49,069 nt of DNA from Candidatus Saccharimonadales bacterium (GTDB taxonomy: Bacteria > Patescibacteriota > WWE3 > UBA101185 > UBA10185): the NCBI GenBank assembly GCA_035480775.1, contig DATIHK010000011.1, positions 1 through 49,069 on the forward strand. The letters run 5' to 3'. Made by a program: the position numbers and the translations under genes. Below are positions 44,964 to 49,069 of this stretch, in pieces (positions within the stretch are counted from its first letter, which is position 1; each line of letters opens with the position of its first letter). The notes under the pieces were generated by a model. It searched no databases. It had not been told where the DNA came from and saw nothing but the letters and a program-made list of their open reading frames with translations.

Positions 44964-47384
44964 ATGTCGCAATACAACTTTAAAAAAACGCAAGACAACT
45001 GGCGAGACAAATGGTTCGACAACAATTTGTATGAAGCCAAAGATTTTTCTCCCAAACCCAAAAAATATATCTTAGCCGAACTTCCATATCCATCAGGTGC
45101 ACAATTACACGCTGGCCACATTATGCGTTATACAGTTCCCGATGTTTACTCACGATATCTACGCATGAAAGGCTTTAATGTGCTGTTTCCAATGGGTTGG
45201 GATGCTTTTGGGTTGCCAGCCGAAAATTACGCTATAAAAACCGGCGTTCACCCAGAGGTTACTACAAAAAAAGCTATCGCGGCAATGAAAGAGTCTTTAA
45301 AGCAAATTGGTTACGGAATTGATTGGACTCGTGAAGTAAGTTCCGCTGATCCAGAATATTACAAATGGACTCAATGGTTATTTTTAAAATTTTATGAAAA
45401 CGGATTAGCAGAACTCAAAGAAATGCCAGTGTGGTGGGATGATGTATCAAAAACAGTTTTGGCCGATGAAGAAATTTTGACAACCAAAGAGGGTGTAAAA
45501 ATTTCTGAACGTGGCGGAAACCCAGTAATACGACGCAATTTAAAACAATGGGTTTTAAAAATTCCACAATATGCCGAGAAATTAATAGCCGGATTAGAAA
45601 CAGTAGATTACCCCGATGCTATTAAAAACGCGCAAATGAACTGGATAGGTAAGTCGGACGGCGCAAATATAGATTTTAAAATTGATCAACAAAAAGTTAC
45701 AGTATTTACAACTCGCATCGACACCATTTATGGAGCAACTTTTTTAGTTTTATCCCCTGAACACCCGTTGGTGGATCAAATAACATCTTCAGAGCAATCG
45801 GATATTGTTAAAAAGTATCAAGCTCAGGCAAAAAACAAGAGCGATATGGAACGCACCGAAACTAAAGATAAAACCGGCGTTTTTACCGGTGCTTACGCAG
45901 AAAATCCTTTTAGCCACGAAAAATTGCCGGTTTGGATAGGGGATTTTGTTGTCATGTCATACGGAACAGGCGCTTTAATGGCGGTTCCGGCTCACGATGC
46001 GCGCGACTTTGAATTTGCGACTAAATTTAATTTGCCAATAAAACAAGTCATTAAACCAACTGATGACACAAAAGTTACACTTCCCTACTCTGAAGACGGA
46101 ATTTTAACAAGCTCCGACGTTTTTGATAATTTAACATCTAGTGAGGCGCAACAAAAAATGACTGAACAAGCTGAAAATCAAAGCTTCGGAAGTAAAAAAA
46201 CAAATTATAAAATGCGCGACTGGATTTTTTCACGCCAAAGATATTGGGGCGAACCTATCCCACTAATTTTTGTCGAACCAGATGGACACACCGAAGAAGT
46301 TTTAGATTTACCAGTAATCTTGCCGAGTGTTCCAGATTACACTCCATCGTCAGACGCTACTTCCCCACTTGCTCGCAACACCGAATGGGTTAGCACAAAA
46401 TCTAAAGACGGCTCTCCTGCGAAGCGTGAAACTAACACAATGCCTAACTGGGCTGGATCTTGCTGGTATTTTTTGCGTTATCTTGATCCACACAATGACA
46501 AAGAATTTGCTTCAATGGATAAATTAAAGTATTGGATGCCGGTTGATCGATACTTTGGAGGTGCCGAACACACGACTATGCATTTATTATATTCAAGATT
46601 TTGGTATCAATTCTTTTTTGATATCGGGTTAGTACCCAACTCCGAACCTTATCAATGGCGCTTAAACGGCGGACTTTTATTAGGTCCAGATGGGCGAAAA
46701 ATGTCCAAATCAATCGGAAATGTTATTGACCCAATGACTATTGCCGAAAATTACGGAGCCGACGCTTTGCGAACATTTATCTGCTTTATCGGACCATACA
46801 CCGATACCTATCCATATAACGAAAACGGGGTTAGATCTTGTTGGCGCTTGATGAAAAATATTTATGAGCTTAAAGATAAAGTTACTGATGGAGTTGAAGA
46901 CACAAATGTTTCAAAAGCTTACAACAAAATGGTCAAAAATATTACTTCTATGTTTGAAGATTTAAAGATGAATACATCTGTCAGTGAAATTATGATTTTT
47001 ACTAATCAATTAAAAGATGTCGAAAAAATAGATTCAAAAGTATGGAATGGTTTCTTGCGCGTTTTAGCACCTCTAGCTCCATTTTTGGCCGAAGAACTTT
47101 GGCAAGAATTAAACCACTATACCGAATGGAAAAATGAAAACAGCGTTCATGTACAACCTTGGCCAGAGTTTGACGAAAAGATTCTCGAAAATGAAACAAT
47201 TACAATTGCAGTGCAAGTAAATGGTAAAGTTCGAGAACAAATCGAAATAACTCCAAACGAATCAGAAGACTCTGTAAAACAAAAAGTTATGCTGAATGAA
47301 AATGTGCTTAAGTGGACTCAATTTAGAGAAGTTGTGAAATTTATTTATATTCCAAATAAAATTGTTAGTATCGTAACAAACTGA
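44964..47384 (+). CDS. leuS: Leucyl-tRNA synthetase
   Basis: 806 aa. HAGH (HIGH-class motif), KMSKS present, CP1 editing domain. TATAAT 6 nt upstream of the ATG. Confidence 0.95.
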   Translation: MSQYNFKKTQDNWRDKWFDNNLYEAKDFSPKPKKYILAELPYPSGAQLHAGHIMRYTVPDVYSRYLRMKGFNVLFPMGWDAFGLPAENYAIKTGVHPEVTTKKAIAAMKESLKQIGYGIDWTREVSSADPEYYKWTQWLFLKFYENGLAELKEMPVWWDDVSKTVLADEEILTTKEGVKISERGGNPVIRRNLKQWVLKIPQYAEKLIAGLETVDYPDAIKNAQMNWIGKSDGANIDFKIDQQKVTVFTTRIDTIYGATFLVLSPEHPLVDQITSSEQSDIVKKYQAQAKNKSDMERTETKDKTGVFTGAYAENPFSHEKLPVWIGDFVVMSYGTGALMAVPAHDARDFEFATKFNLPIKQVIKPTDDTKVTLPYSEDGILTSSDVFDNLTSSEAQQKMTEQAENQSFGSKKTNYKMRDWIFSRQRYWGEPIPLIFVEPDGHTEEVLDLPVILPSVPDYTPSSDATSPLARNTEWVSTKSKDGSPAKRETNTMPNWAGSCWYFLRYLDPHNDKEFASMDKLKYWMPVDRYFGGAEHTTMHLLYSRFWYQFFFDIGLVPNSEPYQWRLNGGLLLGPDGRKMSKSIGNVIDPMTIAENYGADALRTFICFIGPYTDTYPYNENGVRSCWRLMKNIYELKDKVTDGVEDTNVSKAYNKMVKNITSMFEDLKMNTSVSEIMIFTNQLKDVEKIDSKVWNGFLRVLAPLAPFLAEELWQELNHYTEWKNENSVHVQPWPEFDEKILENETITIAVQVNGKVREQIEITPNESEDSVKQKVMLNENVLKWTQFREVVKFIYIPNKIVSIVTN

Positions 47385-47390
47385 CAACAA

Positions 47391-47414
47391 AGAATGCCCA
47401 ACTAGTGGGCATTC
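47391..47414. terminator. Hairpin between convergent leuS and SIMPL genes
   Basis: AGAATGCCCA-CTAG-TGGGCATTCT is a perfect 10-bp stem. The U-runs are weak. Confidence 0.55.
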
Positions 47415-47437
47415 TATCGAATTATTTCCATAATTAT

Positions 47438-48193
47438 TTATCTCAGTTTAAATGTAACAGTGACAGATTTAGTGATATCGGTAGATCCAGGAGAAACTGA
47501 AGTTCCGCCACCTCCACCCATACCTTTAGCCATCATATTGTCGTACATTATTGGTACAGCAACACCATAGGAATTTTCGGTAACATTCATAACTTTACCT
47601 AAACTTCTTCCACTTGCAGTTGCTAAGGCTTCTGCTTTTTGTCGAGCATCAAGCAAAGCCAGACTAAGCAAATCGGCATCTGTTTTAGAGGTGTTTTCTA
47701 CAGTTAAATTGGGACCATAAAGATTTGAGACATCAAGTTTGGAACTGGCCAAAAGTGTTGCGACTGAACTAGCTTTCTTTATGTCGTGTAATTTAATTGT
47801 TATATCGGTTGCTGCATGCCAATCTTTATATTCAGAAATTTGTTTAGTTTGATTCCATACTTGTTCTTGATATACATTTATATTTTGAGTTTTGACATCA
47901 GCGTCGGGCACTCCTGCATCTTTTACAGCAGCTAATACATCAGCTACTTTGCGATTCATATCATCAACAGCTGAAGATTTATCACTATTAATAGCCATGA
48001 CAGTTCCAGTAAATGTGGCAACTTGATTTGGAGTAGAACCATTTGAAGTTCCAACAACTGTTATCGAGTCTTTATTAACCCAATCAAGATAACCAATGTA
48101 ATTTAAAACGTAATAACCGGATCCGATGAGAAATGCTATAGCTAAGAATGCAAGGTATTTGTTTTTAAACAAATGTTTGAGTTTTAAAATCAT
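47438..48193 (-). CDS. SIMPL-domain (DUF541) periplasmic protein
   Basis: N-terminal anchor, SIMPL-type alpha/beta repeats, Gly-rich loop. AAGGAGG SD. Confidence 0.7.
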   Translation of the reverse strand: MILKLKHLFKNKYLAFLAIAFLIGSGYYVLNYIGYLDWVNKDSITVVGTSNGSTPNQVATFTGTVMAINSDKSSAVDDMNRKVADVLAAVKDAGVPDADVKTQNINVYQEQVWNQTKQISEYKDWHAATDITIKLHDIKKASSVATLLASSKLDVSNLYGPNLTVENTSKTDADLLSLALLDARQKAEALATASGRSLGKVMNVTENSYGVAVPIMYDNMMAKGMGGGGGTSVSPGSTDITKSVTVTFKLR

Positions 48194-48251
48194 GTAAACA
48201 CCTCCTTTTAGTATTTTAATGATACTTTATTTGTGTTGGGAGGGAAAGTAG

Positions 48252-48899
48252 GTGTATAAGATCTTTATGCAACAAAATTTAGTTGTTTTAAGAGGCTTAC
48301 CTGGAAGTGGAAAAACAGTTCTCGCTAATAATCTTGCAAATTATTTTGACTTAAATGTATTTGATCCTGACCAAATTGATAAAAGCAAGAGTGATTTTCT
48401 AGATTTTATTAACAGTCTCAGTGAAGAATTACCATTGAGACGTAAGATGTACCGCTATCTATTAAGTCAAGTGAACACGGACCTAAATTCCGGGAAAAGT
48501 GTAATTTGGTCCCAACCATGGAGAAAAATAGATCGGCTAGTATTAACAATTAAAAACATTCAGCACTATTTGAAGCCAATTATTCAATATGATGAAATGC
48601 CTATCTATACACTTAAAAATGAACTGGCTTTTAACGTTGTGGTCATCGAACTGAACATAAGTACTGAGGAGTCTAGAAACCGAGTTAGTAAAAGATACAT
48701 TGAGGGTAACCATACATGGGACGGTAGCAATCTAGAGCTTTTTAACAGCAGTTTTGAAGATTATAACCTCCCATTTGATTACATAAATATTGATGCAAAT
48801 AAAAAGCCATCGTTAATTGCAAAAGAAGCAATTAAATTTTTATGTACAAATACCAAAACATTGCCACACAGTAAAAATACAATTACAATATCCGAGTAA
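48252..48899 (+). CDS. P-loop NTPase/kinase-like protein
   Basis: Walker A LRGLPGSGKT near the N-terminus. GTG start preceded by GGGAGGG at 7 nt. Stop overlaps the next start (TAATG). Confidence 0.6.
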   Translation: MYKIFMQQNLVVLRGLPGSGKTVLANNLANYFDLNVFDPDQIDKSKSDFLDFINSLSEELPLRRKMYRYLLSQVNTDLNSGKSVIWSQPWRKIDRLVLTIKNIQHYLKPIIQYDEMPIYTLKNELAFNVVVIELNISTEESRNRVSKRYIEGNHTWDGSNLELFNSSFEDYNLPFDYINIDANKKPSLIAKEAIKFLCTNTKTLPHSKNTITISE

Positions 48900-49069
48900 T
48901 GAATAAACCCACAATCATAAAAATAGCTATGGATTTTCTCGAAATGATGTTCATTGGCACTGCAGTTTTCTTTATTCTTTACATTTTTATTGCGCAACCT
49001 CTACTTGTAACTGGCAATTCTATGGTTCCAACGTTTTTAGATGGAGAGCAAATTCTGGCTGAAAAAATT
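48899..49069 (+). CDS. lepB: Signal peptidase I (5' partial, runs off window)
   Basis: My translation MNKPTIIKIAMDFLEMMFIGTAVFFILYIFIAQPLLVTGNSMVPTFLDGEQILAEKI has a TM plus the catalytic GNSMxPT box. Confidence 0.8.
   Translation, partial: MNKPTIIKIAMDFLEMMFIGTAVFFILYIFIAQPLLVTGNSMVPTFLDGEQILAEKI

Overview
This is a 49-kb, gene-dense fragment of an AT-rich bacterial chromosome. The compact layout, envelope and glycan genes and sparse metabolism suggest a small-genome Patescibacteria/CPR-like organism, but that is inference only. Recognisable native content: leuS, tgt, rsmI, pyrH, rpmG (missed by the ORF track) and lepB (partial); eight tRNA genes, all on the minus strand with encoded CCA; a csoR/HMA-permease/copA copper operon with an operator; a MacAB-type efflux operon; dgkA; a HelD-like helicase; a MASE1-PAS histidine kinase with two stand-alone receiver proteins; and many envelope genes (two GT39/ArnT-like, a GT2-LysM fusion, two clan GH-A-like hydrolases, a PIG-L deacetylase, two class A beta-lactamase-like proteins, DsbA-like). 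The main finding is compositional. Seven short GC-rich segments (about 50-55% G+C in my hand counts, against 22-42% in sampled native lines) are scattered through 1.9-33.4 kb. Each is a self-contained unit with a leadered mRNA, a strong GGAG-type Shine-Dalgarno and a GC-rich stem-loop terminator, and the 11 CDSs they encode are mostly of unknown function. One is an orphan LysW-type amino-group carrier protein that the ORF track missed. In contrast, many native transcription units look leaderless, with a -10 hexamer 5-7 nt upstream of the start codon. Other points: a ~280-nt structured leader with interleaved helices upstream of a 490-aa unknown membrane-anchored protein, and 5' leader hairpins on tRNA-Gly and tRNA-Leu(CAG) that duplicate the first 8-12 nt of the mature tRNA. 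I saw no CRISPR array, cas gene, integrase, transposase, reverse transcriptase or recognisable defence system.
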